Translations under genes and position numbers: made by a program | Shown here: positions 26,402-39,332 of the stretch, one piece after another | How positions within the stretch are numbered: position 1 is the first letter of the stretch | Layout of the letters: every line of letters begins with the position of its first letter | Notes under the pieces: model-generated | Seen by the model: only the letters and a program-made list of their open reading frames with translations | Databases searched by the model: none | What the model was told of the DNA's origin: nothing | Source of the DNA: Chara braunii | Lineage: Eukaryota; Plantae; Charophyceae | NCBI GenBank assembly: GCA_003427395.1 | Contig: BFEA01000018.1 | Span: forward strand, 2,741,666-2,805,665 | Direction: 5' to 3' | Length of the DNA stretch: 64,000 nucleotides

Positions 26402-28063
26402 GTGTCTGACTCTGTTGACCCTCGTCTCCCGCAGATGCTGCAAATGCTCCAGAGGAGGGTGCAGTACATTATTGAGAAGAGTATGAGGAGGGGGAGTTTT
26501 GGTGCAGAAGGTTACCAGGCTTCCACGGCACTGCCCACTCTACCCCCAGTGTGGGCACCCCAGCCTGGTCCAGGCCAGCAGAAGTGCAAGGCACCTTTCG
26601 TTTCACCGGCACAGAAATCTGGAATCAGAGTCCACTCTGTCTGCCAGCCATCCTCTGCGGAGAGACGAAGAGCTGTCACACCTCAGCAGCAGCCACATAT
26701 TGGCCAAGCTGTCTATGAGAAGCGTGCCAGTCCGACACCAGCACAATTTCTTGCTCCTGCCACTTCTAGCGCTGTGCCTGAGTGTTTTCTGGCATCTAGC
26801 AAAGGAGGCAATGCACCTGCTCGCAGAGAAAGCGCTCTCACTCCTCCGCACCTCAGCGCAACGCCCATGCAATCTCCAGGCTTGCCGGCAGGAATCTCAG
26901 CATCCAACCGAATTTCGACCCCCTGTAATGCAGGCGGTACACCTGTAAACAATCTAAGGGCTATTACCGTTCAGCAACAGTCGCAGCCTCGTCAAGGAAG
27001 TCAGGAGAGGCATGAAACTGTGGCTCAAAGGCAACGTCCAGTCTTGGATTCGGGTGACTCTGTTTCAATGCAATTTCCTGCCCTCGGCAATACAGTCGGT
27101 GTGCGGGATCAACCGGGCCAGATGAAGGATAGGGATAATGCATCTGATCAACGACGCACCATGACACCTTTCCCGTCCAAGGAGCGCAGCTGTGAGGAAA
27201 GGCTGTTTCCCCCTCAGGAAGGTCTTCCTGTTGCCATAGATTATCAGCAGAGCCCTGCAGCTCCAACGGTCCAGTCTTCGGTCCCATGGCAGCGTAGCTT
27301 GGTTCATGTGCCATCTCCAAACGCCAGCAAACCCATCGGCATAATGCAGGAACCAAGAGGGGACTCAAAGGACAGTCGTCGTCTGGCCATTGCTGTTCAG
27401 CAAGCACCTCCTTTGCAAGCAAGGGAGTACAGCCAAGAGGGGGATGAAATCAAGATTTGTCGAGCACCCAAATGTGGGCCAAGCACAGATGGCCTTTCAA
27501 AAGGCCCCGTTCCAAGGAGGACGGCCGCATACGCAGAGGGTGGTGCATGTGTGCAAGTGCCACAAGTCGTGTCCAGCAGCCAGAAACAGCTTCTTGCCAG
27601 TGATGGGGATGGATCAGTGCCGCGGTCGGGGACGAGCTCTGGACTGAGTGCGCAGAGGGAGCCACACAGCGGACAGAGCTCCTTACAGATGGAGAACTCC
27701 AGTCTATCCGAGTTCCCGAGAAGGCGCCACAGAATGCGTCCACCCATGAGCATCATTTCGCAATCGCACGATAGTCGTCATCCACCTGCTAGTGGTGCAG
27801 CAGCAGGCTGCTTGGATCGGGATCGGCCGGCCAATTCATCGGTTGCTGTCCTTGCGCCCCGGGCCAGTCTAGTTTTGCCCGCAAACACTGTCCGTGAACC
27901 CGTCGCTGTTTCATCGGATTTGAGGTCTAATACAGGTCGGTCGTCTGAAAGCAGGAGCGACAGTGATCCTTCGTCATCAGTTAGTTCCCATTCTGGAGGC
28001 GCACCAAGGCGGCGCAGCTCAAGCCAATTGCATTCAGTAATGAGGCCGAGACCGAGTCAGTGA
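26402..28063 (+). CDS. Long probable terminal exon encoding a Ser/Pro/Gln/Arg-rich, likely disordered protein tail
   Basis: 553 stop-free codons of non-repetitive sequence, an AG just upstream of the start, and no TE motifs. Confidence 0.65.
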   Translation: MSDSVDPRLPQMLQMLQRRVQYIIEKSMRRGSFGAEGYQASTALPTLPPVWAPQPGPGQQKCKAPFVSPAQKSGIRVHSVCQPSSAERRRAVTPQQQPHIGQAVYEKRASPTPAQFLAPATSSAVPECFLASSKGGNAPARRESALTPPHLSATPMQSPGLPAGISASNRISTPCNAGGTPVNNLRAITVQQQSQPRQGSQERHETVAQRQRPVLDSGDSVSMQFPALGNTVGVRDQPGQMKDRDNASDQRRTMTPFPSKERSCEERLFPPQEGLPVAIDYQQSPAAPTVQSSVPWQRSLVHVPSPNASKPIGIMQEPRGDSKDSRRLAIAVQQAPPLQAREYSQEGDEIKICRAPKCGPSTDGLSKGPVPRRTAAYAEGGACVQVPQVVSSSQKQLLASDGDGSVPRSGTSSGLSAQREPHSGQSSLQMENSSLSEFPRRRHRMRPPMSIISQSHDSRHPPASGAAAGCLDRDRPANSSVAVLAPRASLVLPANTVREPVAVSSDLRSNTGRSSESRSDSDPSSSVSSHSGGAPRRRSSSQLHSVMRPRPSQ

Positions 28064-28765
28064 TTCCGAAGCTCCCTTCATTGGATTTCTGTTCATTGTT
28101 GTTGTCCTCACTGTTAAGGCCTTGTAGATTTTTCCTTCTGTGCATCTTTTGAGCGTGCCATTTGATTTATTTCAACTTCATTCACTTGCGTTGTAAAAAG
28201 CAGTGATCCAGCGCGGATACAATTGATGCATGATGATGGTCCCGCGTGGCGCGTGCTAATAATAGCATTTGCCAGCGGTTGGTGTTCAGCATTGTCCAGC
28301 GAGGTTGTCAGGGCAAAACTTTATCGTCCCTGTGCACCCTTCGGTAGTGTTCTCAGCAGATTCTCCGGATCTCTTGGTCGATCTGAGTCCATGCCGATGA
28401 AAACACAGGAACAATGCCTGCAATGGGGACCGGGTGCGTTGTCATCTCGCCTTGGAGGCTTCGGTGGTTAATACTCTGAAGTCAATGTGTATTGTTCACA
28501 CTGTGAGCAAGCGTCTCTGGCCATATGCTTTACTTCAACCGCCCACGATCTCATTCCGTCTATGTTGCGTATTTGCGACCAGCTTTTTTTCTCGTACCTT
28601 AGCCATTGCTCCAATTTCAAATGCACTGCCACTCCACTTCGAGTATCGCTACACTTGCCTGCCTTGAAAGCTGTACAGGAAATCATTCCTGCACATCTTA
28701 TACGGTGAATGGGACACTGGAGTCAACCTTATTTGTTGGATCCTAGTTTTTTTATGTCATGTTAA

Positions 28766-29111
28766 ACCACTAGTACCTTGCCCAGCCATCTTTCTCCGAT
28801 GCGGCCGTTAAAGCGCCGCAAAGTTTTTCGGGGGTTGGGCTACCGGAGCAAAATGACCGGCAGCGCCAGCCAAAAGGCGGCCTGCACCCGTTTTTTTGGG
28901 GAGGCGTGCAGGGCATTTCCAGGGTCCGGAAAATGTTGGCCAAAGGTACTGGTGGTTTAATTGGGAATTGGAGCAATTTTTTCGGGGGGTTGGGCTACCG
29001 GGGCAAAACGACCGGCGGCGCCAGCCAAAAGGCGGCCTGCGCCGGTTTTTTGGGGGGGGGGTGCAGGGCATTGCCAGGGTCCGGAAAATGTTGGCCAAAG
29101 GTACTGGTGGT
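28766..29111. mobile_element. Small TIR element flanked by TTAA, right part tandemly duplicated (155 bp)
   Basis: Left TTAA|ACCACTAGTACCTTGCCC. Right GGCCAAAGGTACTGGTGGT|TTAA, ending at 28956 and again at 29111. Confidence 0.6.
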
Positions 29112-30727
29112 TTAATTGGGAATTGGAGGGTAAGCATACTAAGCATCAACAGGGCTGTGTGGCTTCAGCATGACTCGATTCTGACCGTAATATGGAGGAT
29201 ATGTAATAGGATCTTGCTGTGTGTGTCATTTCATATCACAGGGAGATCTGCTCAACTAGCAATTAGACTGGATTGAGGTGGTGTGAGTTGTTGTGTTTTC
29301 TATGGGAGGTGGTTTGAGTTTATGCATGGGCCACTACGGAGCTAGCGTGTATAGCTAACATGGGCTTGGTTCACGCAAGTCTGTCATAAGATGATCTTGT
29401 AGTTGATGCCCATCTAAAGATCGAGAGGGGGGTTTTGTGCCATCTCATCGAATCCTAAAATTGGAGAGTTTTATTAACTGCGCTTCCCCCCCCAACCCAA
29501 TAAAATGTGACCGTATGGTGAAGGGTCCATTGTAGGGAGCACACTACTTTTCAAGGAATCGTTTACAGCAAAAAAATAATAATAAGCGGTTTGTGTGTCA
29601 ATGTGTGATCTTTGTCTGTATAGGCGTAAACATACAATACATCTTCAGTACATACAACAGGCTCCATATCACCGCTACTCCAGGCGAATACCCATACCGG
29701 GCCATACGCAGTCTGCAGGACAGTTCCCAGTTGCATAATACCTTGGATCATATCGTCTTCAGAGCCCTGCTTCACATAGTGTATTTCCTCATCGCTACTC
29801 CAGGAGAATACCCATACCTTGGATCCACTGAAGTTGTCGTTGTCCAGGATCAAAGCGCTCACAGCAGCCAATCAACTCACACACCCCAAGGAGAACTGAA
29901 ACACGAGTATCGTGAAGACCTCCCCTTCTTCCCCCTTGTGTATGCCTCCCACACAACTATTGTCATAGTCGAGCCGCTACATGGACTTCCCCTTTTTGTA
30001 TGCCAAGCCCTAACAACTATGATCAAAGAAACATTTTCAGGGCATGTTTCCCCTCTCTGTGTCCATCAGGGCATGTTTTCCCTCTCTTTGTCCATGCTAC
30101 CTTCCAGTTCTGATCAGTAACCTCCCAGCGTCGGAGTCCCTTATGCCTGGCAGTCAAGGCAGTCAGAGTACGACGTCCTTCAGTAAACGTTCAGGCAGCC
30201 TAGCCTCGTTCCACCCATGTGTCCTTTGACTGGACTGGCTGGGCCTATATATTGAAAAGCCAGCCAGATAGTTGGGTCTTGATGCCGGAGGGCCACCAGG
30301 CTTGACCCTTCATGGGGATGCGAATTGAGGTTTGACTTGTACAGCCACTCTCAGTTTGGTTGAGTTTGATTGGGTGAATGCCAAAAAAAAAGGGGGCAGG
30401 TTAAGGGGGAAAACATGAAAAGGGGTCATATGCCTGGATGCGATGACCCAAATTCTGTTGGTCCCACGGTGGCGGGACAACTTGGTACAGGTTTAGAAGT
30501 GAAGGTGTTGACCTCACTCTTGCATGGAGTGACAGCCCTGAGCTGCTCTAGGACTGCCCTTAGGTCCCAAAACTTTTCGTTTTATTTTGATTAAACCACC
30601 ACTACCTTTCACAGCTGTAGTCCCACGTGGGAATTTCATTTTCTGGAGGCCTACGAAAGGCTTGGCGGGAAAGGGGAAAAAAGGAATATACATACATATA
30701 TATATATCGTCAATATATATATATATA

Positions 30728-31371
30728 CAGGGTAACCGGCGTTCAGGATGGGCCGAACACCCGAACGTATGGGACCCCTTGGGGATGCGTTCGGCCGTTC
30801 GGGCCGAACACGGACCCAAAAAAAAATAAAACTGAGAAAAAGGTATGTTATGAAGAACAAGATTTTCCTGAGCATTACATCCAAATTCCCTACCAAATTT
30901 GAAATAAAAATAAAATACGGAGAACAAATACTAATAATAAAAATAACAAAAAATAAAAAGAGAATTAAATTTAGTGAGTGAGCAAGCACGTTTTCGACAC
31001 CGCCATCTTTGGCGATTTTTTTTTTTTTTTTTTGGCATAGCTACAGATGTGTCCTTCACATAATACAAAACCCACTAAAAAAGTTTCAAAAAATAATAAA
31101 ATTGTTTAGACCCCAAACTAAAGTGAAAACAAAAAGTAAAAAGTGAAAAAAAAAAACGTGGGCGAGCACGTTTTGACACCACCATCTTTGGCGATTTTTA
31201 ATTCTTATTTGGCTGAGTCAATTGATGTCAAAATTAATAGGCATGTACCTATGGTCATAGAGAACTCACAAAAAAAAAATTCAAGCCGAACGTCGTCGGG
31301 TTCGGACCCCGTATGGGACCCCGAACACCCGTACGTACGGAGGTCGGCCCGGGGACCTCCATACGTACCAG
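30728..31371. mobile_element. hAT-like MITE, family B, right end truncated
   Basis: Starts CAGGGTAACCGGCG after (TA)n. Reverse-complement homolog of 61966-62727. Confidence 0.85.
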
Positions 31372-32431
31372 CGATATACAGAAAACCAAGTTGCGAAATC
31401 ACACAGACGTCCAGGTAGTCGTGTCCAAGCAGAGAGTACAAAATGCACCAAGAAACCATCCATATAGAGCAATACAATGACGTAACGAGCCAATGTTCAA
31501 GCCCGTAGGCCACACCAACACAGTATCCAAAGTCGCTCCTCTCTGTCTAGCGCCCAGCGCCCATCCTACCTACAGCTGGTTCACACAACAGGCTCACTTC
31601 GACTCTCAAAGACCAATGCACATGACTGTCAACACCATAGTCGACCTCTCTTCATGCACCAGTTACGTATCTCGTCACCCTCAGTCGGACCTTGATTACC
31701 CCACACTCGCCTCCCTCCCTGAAGACCACCCGATCGCCTGCATTACCCCCTGGCGCCCAGCAGCCCGGCTATGGCTGCCTGCACCCCGCTGCCCTGCAGC
31801 GCCCCACTTCACCACTATGCGCCCCGTCAGCGCCCTTGGCCACAGCGCAGCATCAAGCAATAGTGCAGCAGCACTTTCGCATTGCCTGCATTGGCCAGAA
31901 TGCCTGGCCTGGGCTGCGTCACTTTTTTTATCGAAGTGGCAGCCTCCTGGATGCTACGTGTGGCCTGGCTGGAAGCTTCCAGTAGCTTCCGGTTTGGCCT
32001 TAGACCCTGCGCCCAGGCGCGAGACTACAGTTGAGCGCCTGGGCCCTTTCCAGATGGGCACGGCCTGAGTCTCTGGACTTGGCTGTTTGCTGCATCCATG
32101 TAGGGCTCCCAGGTAGGTGCATCAACAATACTGCTTTTCCAAAGGCAAATGGTCTGCTTCCTAATGTATTGGCCCTGCTTTGTGTGTATGTGCCCAGGCG
32201 CAACTGTCAAGGTCTGGGCCAACTGTATGACGCAGCTTAGTGAGGCTCACACGTCTACCCAACCAACTGGCGTGCTGCGAGAGTCTGAATACCCACATAT
32301 GGAAATGTCGAATTTTGACCTTTGACGAATATTCAGGCCTGCCTTCACTTAGGGCGGGCACTCTGCTTGCTGGGGCCTTAGCCCATAACATATAATGTCT
32401 GATAGGGCCCTTTGAGGACTCGTTCCTCACA
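31372..32431 (-). repeat. 3' LTR (outer about 21 bp missing)
   Basis: Aligns with 39354-40434 at roughly 90% identity by eye over the first 145 bp. Inner end TTCCTCACA. Confidence 0.9.
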
Positions 32432-32444
32432 TTCCATCCCCCTT
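32432..32444 (-). promoter_or_regulatory. Polypurine tract
   Basis: Minus strand AAGGGGGATGGAA directly abuts the LTR start TGTGAGGAA. Confidence 0.85.
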
Positions 32445-32469
32445 AGCTTCGAAAGTTCGTTGAGATGTT

Positions 32470-33924
32470 TCATGTGTGTGCCTTCCCCTTCAGTTTCTTC
32501 TCATAATCTGCCACAATCTAAGGAGTTGTCTTGACAAGTTTCTCCCTTGAAATCCATCGATCATCCTTAGGATCCGTATGATGCGTGCAATGTACTTTGT
32601 ATTCCTTTGCAGGTTTAGGTGGTCTTCCCTTGCCAGGTGGCTTGGGAACAGGCGTGTCTCTGTGATCCAGGATGTCGTCGACGTCCACGTGGCCATCCAT
32701 GGTTGGGGGCAGCATAGATCTTCGTGATGGGAACTGTGATGTCTCAACGAAAGGTGCAAGCTTAGAGGCGTGAAAAACAGGGTATTTGCGTATGTGACCA
32801 GGGATACGAATGAAGTACGAGGGACAATCCAAATCATTCCCCACAATGTCGAAGACTTCCCAGGGACCGAAATACCGAGGCATTAGTTTCCTAAAGATGT
32901 CAAACTCCTGTCCCAACTCACTAGCCTTGACCCAGACACGTTCCCCTACCTAAAATGTGGATTGTCGGCGACATTTGTTCTCAGAAGCAATCATAGCTTC
33001 CTGAGATTTCTTGATGTGTTTTTGATGTGTTCGACAGTCTGCTGTAGCAATTTCTCATACTGGACACCAAATTCAATGGTTCCAAGAGTTGCAGCAGTTC
33101 GGTATTCAGGCTTTTGATTGGGGTTGTGTACATCATTATTGTACAGACTGGCGATGAGAGGTAGTTTCTCATCCCAATCATCATGGCTGGGCGTGATGTA
33201 ATGCCTCAGCAGATGCTGCACCACACGGTTCATCTGTTCAGTCTGCCCATTTGCTTCGGGATGATTCCCATTAGTCATCTGAAGTTGGTTGCCCATCTGT
33301 TCAGCGACCTTTTTCCACATCTCGCTGGTAAACCGGACATCTCTATCACTAACAATGGTCTTTGGCAGTCCAAAGTCAAGCACCCAGTTGTCCATGAACA
33401 ACTCAATGACGTGCTCAGTCATGGCAGTCTTCGGAATGGCAATTAATCTCGCATATTTAGTGAACCTAACTACTATGACGAAGATGTGCTGCTTGTCATT
33501 TCACGAGAGCGTCCCTGAAGTCCATGGAGATGCTCTGCCCTGGGCCAGCCGGAATGGGTAAAGGCTTGAGCAACCCAAGCGGAGCTTCAGTCCGCAGCTT
33601 GTCCCGCTGACAGACCTGATAGGTCTGTGTGTACTTCTTTGCATCATCTAGCATGTTAGGTCAGCAGAATCGTTGTACTAAATTAGCACTAGTCTTTTTG
33701 TAGCCGAAATGTCCCGTTGCATCGTAACACTCACCTAAAAATAAACTAAACAAAATCTCCCTAGGTGGATCAACTAACCTCTTAAACCTTGCCTTTTCAC
33801 GAGAAAGTAACCCTGCCATCATCACAAACTCATCAGAAGTGGCCTTGTCTTTGGCCTGCAGTTTGTTGATAATGTCCATCGTGACGGGATCTTCCTTGTA
33901 GGCTTCCCCCAAGGAGCGAGTCAC
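32470..33924 (-). pseudogene. Integrase plus chromodomain, disrupted
   Basis: ATGHFG (HHCC region), IVSDRDVRFTS and GQTEQMNR (DDE core), PRYFGPW (GPY/F), VDVDDILDHRD..EYKVH..DDRWI (chromodomain). Confidence 0.9.
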
Positions 33925-35300
33925 GTCCTCGGATAAGCCAAACTCAGCGCACTTAGGTAATTTGTCCTTCTAGACAATGCATCCGCAACCTTGTTGTACT
34001 CTCCCTTCACATAGTCTAGTTTGAAGCCATATTGATTTATGACTTCAATCCAATGTTTGAGTGGATTGGAGAGAACTGGTTGGGTCTTGATCCACTTGAG
34101 GGTATGATGGTCAGTTCTCAAGTAGAACCTTCCTAACAGATAGTGTCTCCAATGGACAAGTGCCTTGTAGAGAACATACCCGGTTTCCAGCAGGTGCCGC
34201 TCCCCACCAATAGATGGAGCAGCCCGACAGGTAAGCCCTCAATCTTGACAACTCTTTTACTGTCGCCAGGATAGAGGGATATCACAGGGCTTTATTCCAA
34301 AAAAAAAAAAAAAAAAAAAAAAAGAGTTTCATTTCGTAGGTGGACTTTGCCAACTTCTTTGATGGCATCTTTTTGCTCATGTACTCGACCGATCTGAATG
34401 TTTTCCCTTCCTGTTGAGCCAGCACAGTGCCAATGCCATATTGGCTTGTGTCAATGGTAACAACGAATGGCCTCTGCGGCTCGGGCACCATGAGAACTTC
34501 ATGGTGTGTGAGAGCATGCTTCAAACGCTTGAAAGCTGCCTCGCATTCGTCGGTCCAGTCTCATGGTGTGTCAAGTCGAGTTAGATCAGTCACGGGGGAT
34601 GCGATCAGACTATAATTCTTTACGAAATTGAGGTAATATCCACACATTCCCAAGAATGATCTGACCTCAGTCATAGACTGGGGCCGTGGCCAGTCCTTAA
34701 TGCTAGCCACCTTCGCATCTTCGGGCCTAATCGCATCCACGGATACTTCATCACCCAAGTACAAGATTCGAGTGTGTCCAAACTCGCATTTCTCTGCGTT
34801 TATCTGATACCTATGCTGCTGAAGGAGTGAAACTACTTTGTCTTCATGCTGAGCATGCTCCTCGACAGTCTTACTAAAAATAAGTATACCGTCGAGATAC
34901 ACGACAACAAACTTATCTAAGTAATCATGGAAGATCCTATTCATGGCGTGCTGGAATGTACCCGACGCATTGCAAAGGCCAAAGGGCATCACCACAAACT
35001 TGTACGGACCGTACCTGGTCTGGAATGCGGTTTTGTGCTGGTCCTTTGGTCTTATGGCAATCTGATGGTAGCTGGATTTCAAGTTACTTTCGTATAGTAC
35101 TTACACCCTTGCATCATATCCAATAGGTCGTCGATGCGTGGTAGAAGCTCTGCATTCTTAATGGTGATGACATTGAGACCTCTATAATCAATGCACATCC
35201 TTAGTGTTACCCATTTCTTTGGAACAAATAAGACTGGTGAGTCAAAGGGGGAGGTGCTAAGCTGAATCCACCCCTTCTCTGTGAGCTTTTTCAGTTGTCA
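33921..35300 (-). pseudogene. Reverse transcriptase and RNase H, disrupted (YLDD changed to YLDG; nested insertion)
   Basis: KTAFQT, VMPFGLCNA, VVYLDGILIFS, EVRSFLG, IDTSQYGIG and RTDHHTL motifs. Confidence 0.95.
34179..34323 (+). mobile_element. Nested poly(A)-tailed retroposed insertion within the RNase H coding region
   Basis: Splits YEMKL|YVLYKALVHWRHYL, starts with the dispersed module and ends in a run of about 25 A. Confidence 0.85.
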
Positions 35301-35399
35301 CCGAAGCTTGTCCAACTCGGCTGCAACCATCCTATAGATTCTTTCCTTAGGTGTCTTGCTACCTGGGATGATCTCTATGGCATGGACAATCTCCCTATC

Positions 35400-35990
35400 T
35401 ACGACTCATGTAGGCTCCTCAAACAGATCGGGGTACTTAGCGACGATGGTCTCTATCTCTGGGGGTGTTTTAACGGCCTCCCCTTTCACAAAGACATAGA
35501 CTAAGTACATACCTTCCTCCTGATTCTGTTTATAATACTTGTAGAAGGTCGATACGCACAAACACCCATAAGAGTCTATCAACCTACTAGTTTTATACTT
35601 AGCTAGTCCAACGGTCCTCCCATTAGACAATTCGTGCTTCACCACTTTCTTGTCCCAGTCAAACTGGGGTTTGGCAACCTCGAGGTAGTACGTGCCCAAC
35701 AACATGTTGAAAGGCAAATCGTCGCTCACCAGGAATGATATCTTATGACTTATCTCTCCTCCTGGGTAGGAGAAAGTGCAGACTACGTCTTTAACGTAGT
35801 CCTCTACCAACGTGCACTCTTTGTTGGCCAGAGTAGATGCTACCATCTTCTCAGGCGCTGCACCCGGTGCTTTAGGCGCAGTCTCTCAACGCAGTCGCGA
35901 CTTACGAAGTTTCACGTGGAGCCAATGTCTACGAAGGCGCCGTACTTGCAACCACCCACACCAACTTCCACAATGAAATGCTCCCCTCTA
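35400..35990 (-). pseudogene. Aspartic protease region
   Basis: GAFVDIGST*NFV near 35905-35940 and NMLLG downstream. Confidence 0.75.
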
Positions 35991-36186
35991 GGACCTCTAC
36001 TTAGTGCCACCCAGGACTCATGAGGGTCCATTGCCGACCACTCCCCTTGAAGGTCCTCTAAGGCTTCAAACATATTCAACGTACAGAGTATAGTTGGGTC
36101 CGAATGCGTCTGCGGGGTGATTAAGGAGTCAATAGCTTCATCACCCGCTTCAACGAGAGTAGACGCAGCTAAAACTTCTACCAGCC

Positions 36187-38017
36187 CTAAGTGTTTCCCG
36201 AGTTGGAGCTCGTAGAGGCCCCAGACTGAGAAGAAGGATACCCACCCTTAGGAGGGATCTTCTGCGAGACCTTTGGGTTCTTGCACTTACACTGTTGGTG
36301 GTCATATTCGCCACAATTTATGCAAGCACCGCGCGACCAACGGTCCCGCCACACTTCCTGATCCAAACTGACCCTCACCCAAGTAGTTATTTTGTTTGGG
36401 TTGGCGGTTTGCCCCTGACTCCTCTGTTAACCGCCCTTGCCACGGCCACCTGCCTTAGTCTTAACTACGGCAGCGAGGTTGCTACCCTCAACACTCTCCT
36501 CGCTGTCTAACTCTGACCCCTCCACAAGCTCAGAAACATCATCGATCTCAATTTCATTCCCATCGGAATCAACCATCATCAATCAACTACCCTTTTTCTT
36601 TCATTCTTGTGGAGTCCTCTTCTTTCCCCCGACTTCCGTAGGGGGCGGTTGAGCACCACCCAACGTAGCCTCGAAGTTCAAGGCCTTCTTGCTGAATGTC
36701 TCAAATGTGCGATACTCTAAGTGAGCCTCGTTGGCCAGTAAGTTCTTGATGTTTGTGGGAAGACATCTTAAGAACGTGGTCAATAAGACTTGTGGATTGT
36801 ACTTCATTCTTGGGACAACAATCATGCGCTTTACGATTGTGGTAAGCTCTCGCACAGACTTGTACTTTCTCACATCAAGCTTTAGTGTCTGCTGAGGGTT
36901 GTGCCAACGTGCTTCCACTAAGTCCATAAAGCTCTCTAGAGTGTGGGTCTGCGCCCAATCATCCATGTTCCTGCCGAAACCCTTTGAAGCAACCAATCCA
37001 TTTAGCCAACGAGCTGCTGAACCCTCTAAGTAGGATGCAACAGTAATCACTATCTCCTCTACCAATGTCCTCTTTGCCCTCACCCACACTGGCACCGTTT
37101 TCAACCACGTGTCGAGAGCCTCATCCTTCTCGTCTCCTGAGAAGGTTGGAGGTGGTTTCAGGGGGGTCTTGGGATACCAAGGTAATTGTTGTCCCTCTAG
37201 CGGGACAGGTGGTGACTGTGGTGTAGCTCCAGTCGCTGGACCAGAAGACAAAGAAGCAACAGTCTGTGACATGGTTGTTGTTGATGAACCACATGGTGAT
37301 GGTCCGGACTAAGCGGCATAGGGGCCTGTCATCGTGGAGAATGGCAGCGATGGCAAAACTGTTGGCCTGATTCCTTGCCTATGCATGGCATTGAGGATCT
37401 GGTCCAAGGCGTCCTGGATTGTATCTAGTTTGTTGTCCATGTATGCATGCATGGACAGGATGCTCGCCTTAAAAAAAAAAAATAGTATTACTAAGGGCGA
37501 AGTCATCTAACCCCTCTAGTGCCGCTTTGTCTGCCTCCTACCCTCTAGTCTGACACTCCTGTCGCTAATCTCTTTCTCTTTTTTAAAAGCCTGTTTAAGT
37601 TCCTCCTTTAGCCTCAAGATTCACCTGCTGGAGCTCCATCTACTCCCGGGTGCGTGGAGGAGGCGAGCTGAACTGCGAACCCGCCATCTGACTAGTGCCA
37701 ACTCCTGATGTACTGGAGATGGGTTGTGAACTGGTCGCGTTGAGTGGCATGCCCAAACTCTGACCAGTAGAGTTTGCAGCAAAAGTGGCTGAAGACGTAA
37801 CCATTGCTACCGTGCTAGCTGGTGTTGCTGCCAACGCTCATTCAGCTGCCGCGGCTGCCTCTCTCGCAGTCTCTAAATTACGGGTCCTTGCTTCGGCCCT
37901 AAGCCTCCTCTCGTCTCCTGGTAGTAGAACCTGGAACACAACGGGTATCCTACCGCTCTCCCGTCGTGTCTGCCTCTTATCGTCAGCTGTACCTTCAACA
38001 CCCTCTGATCCGCTCAT
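36187..38017 (-). pseudogene. Gag with zinc knuckle, disrupted
   Basis: ORF 36601..37272 has PPTFSG..LDTWL..YLEGSAARW. CINCGEYDHQQCKC (CCHC) lies at 36187..36378. Candidate ATG at 38017. Confidence 0.85.
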
Positions 38018-39318
38018 GGGCTAGGCAGACGCTGTCTGCACTAAGATCCTATTTGGGACCTACTGCAGCATTCGTCTGACCGGTTCTAGAAATAAATAAA
38101 ATAAACAATGTCCGGCAATATACCTAGATTACCGGTCAAGCGGCATCAACAGCACCTACACAGACTGTACACATGTAGTTTACTTCTATCCTGATTAGTT
38201 ATGCACAAAAGCTTGGAGAAGAACTGACTATGGTAGATTGCAATCCTATGCTAGGCTGTCTGTTAGGTGTTAGCAGTCTGTCAACCAACTAATCAAGATA
38301 AAAATAAACTATAGTTATGCACAATGGATATGATAGTGATGTTCAGTAGAGTTCACAATTGGAATCCCCTTCCCCTATATCCAGCGTACATGTGAGCATC
38401 ATCAAGTTGCGGTGTCTAAGGTGTGCAATCACGGCCCACCCATGTGCCCAATGTGTATGCTTATGACCAGCCTGCCTCTTGTTTACCCTCGCGTGCAAGG
38501 AGCCTTATGTCCGACCGATCTGGCTGATCAAGAGGCAATTTAAGGACAGCCCCCAAGAGTCCTAAGGATTATTTAACGTCGCAATCAGGACGATGATCAC
38601 AGCCAGTGGACAGATCGGACCCCAACCAGAAATGTTTATAGACGGTCTGGGAGCGTCTGTTCCATAAATATTTATAGACGGTCTGAAAGCGTTTGCAATG
38701 CTCTACATTAGGACTGGTCAGTCCACACACCCCTTCTATCAGCCCCGCAAAGAGCCTCAATGGACAAAGCAGCAATGCATGTGTGTACTACTCTCATGGG
38801 TTGGCATGGTGACCGTGACCCGTGCTTCGACCACGGCCCTTCAGAGGCACTGCCCTCTCCTGCCAAATGCACCACCGGGAAGAATGTCGTCTCTCAAGGT
38901 AGAGCGCACACGACTCCTCACCAAAGAGAGGACACTCAAGTTGGACTCACTTCCTCACGGTAAGAAGAGATTGAGAGGGTAGATAAGGAATAGGAACAAC
39001 GTACCTGGAGATAGCTGCCCCCAACCACAGATTTCTCACCAATTGGGCCGACGTGGATTTCGATGATCGGTCAATAGCCTCGGTACCACCCACAACGCAA
39101 TGTAGTGCCACCTCAGCCAAAATGCCACGTCAGCATGCTCTCATCATCATACATACATCCGCTGTCGCCACGGCTCCCACGCCTTCCAGCGGCCGGCCTC
39201 TCCACCTAGGCCCCGCTACAAGAAGCCAGCGCCAACGTATCCCTTCTGCACATGAAGCATCGTCAACGCATCAAGTAACAATGTCGCCAGTGCCAGGTAA
39301 GCGGCGATCACGAACCAA

Positions 39319-39329
39319 CTCTGATACCA
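39319..39329 (-). promoter_or_regulatory. Primer-binding site (tRNA-iMet)
   Basis: Minus strand TGGTATCAGAG, 3 nt from the LTR end. Confidence 0.9.
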
Positions 39330-39332
39330 AAG

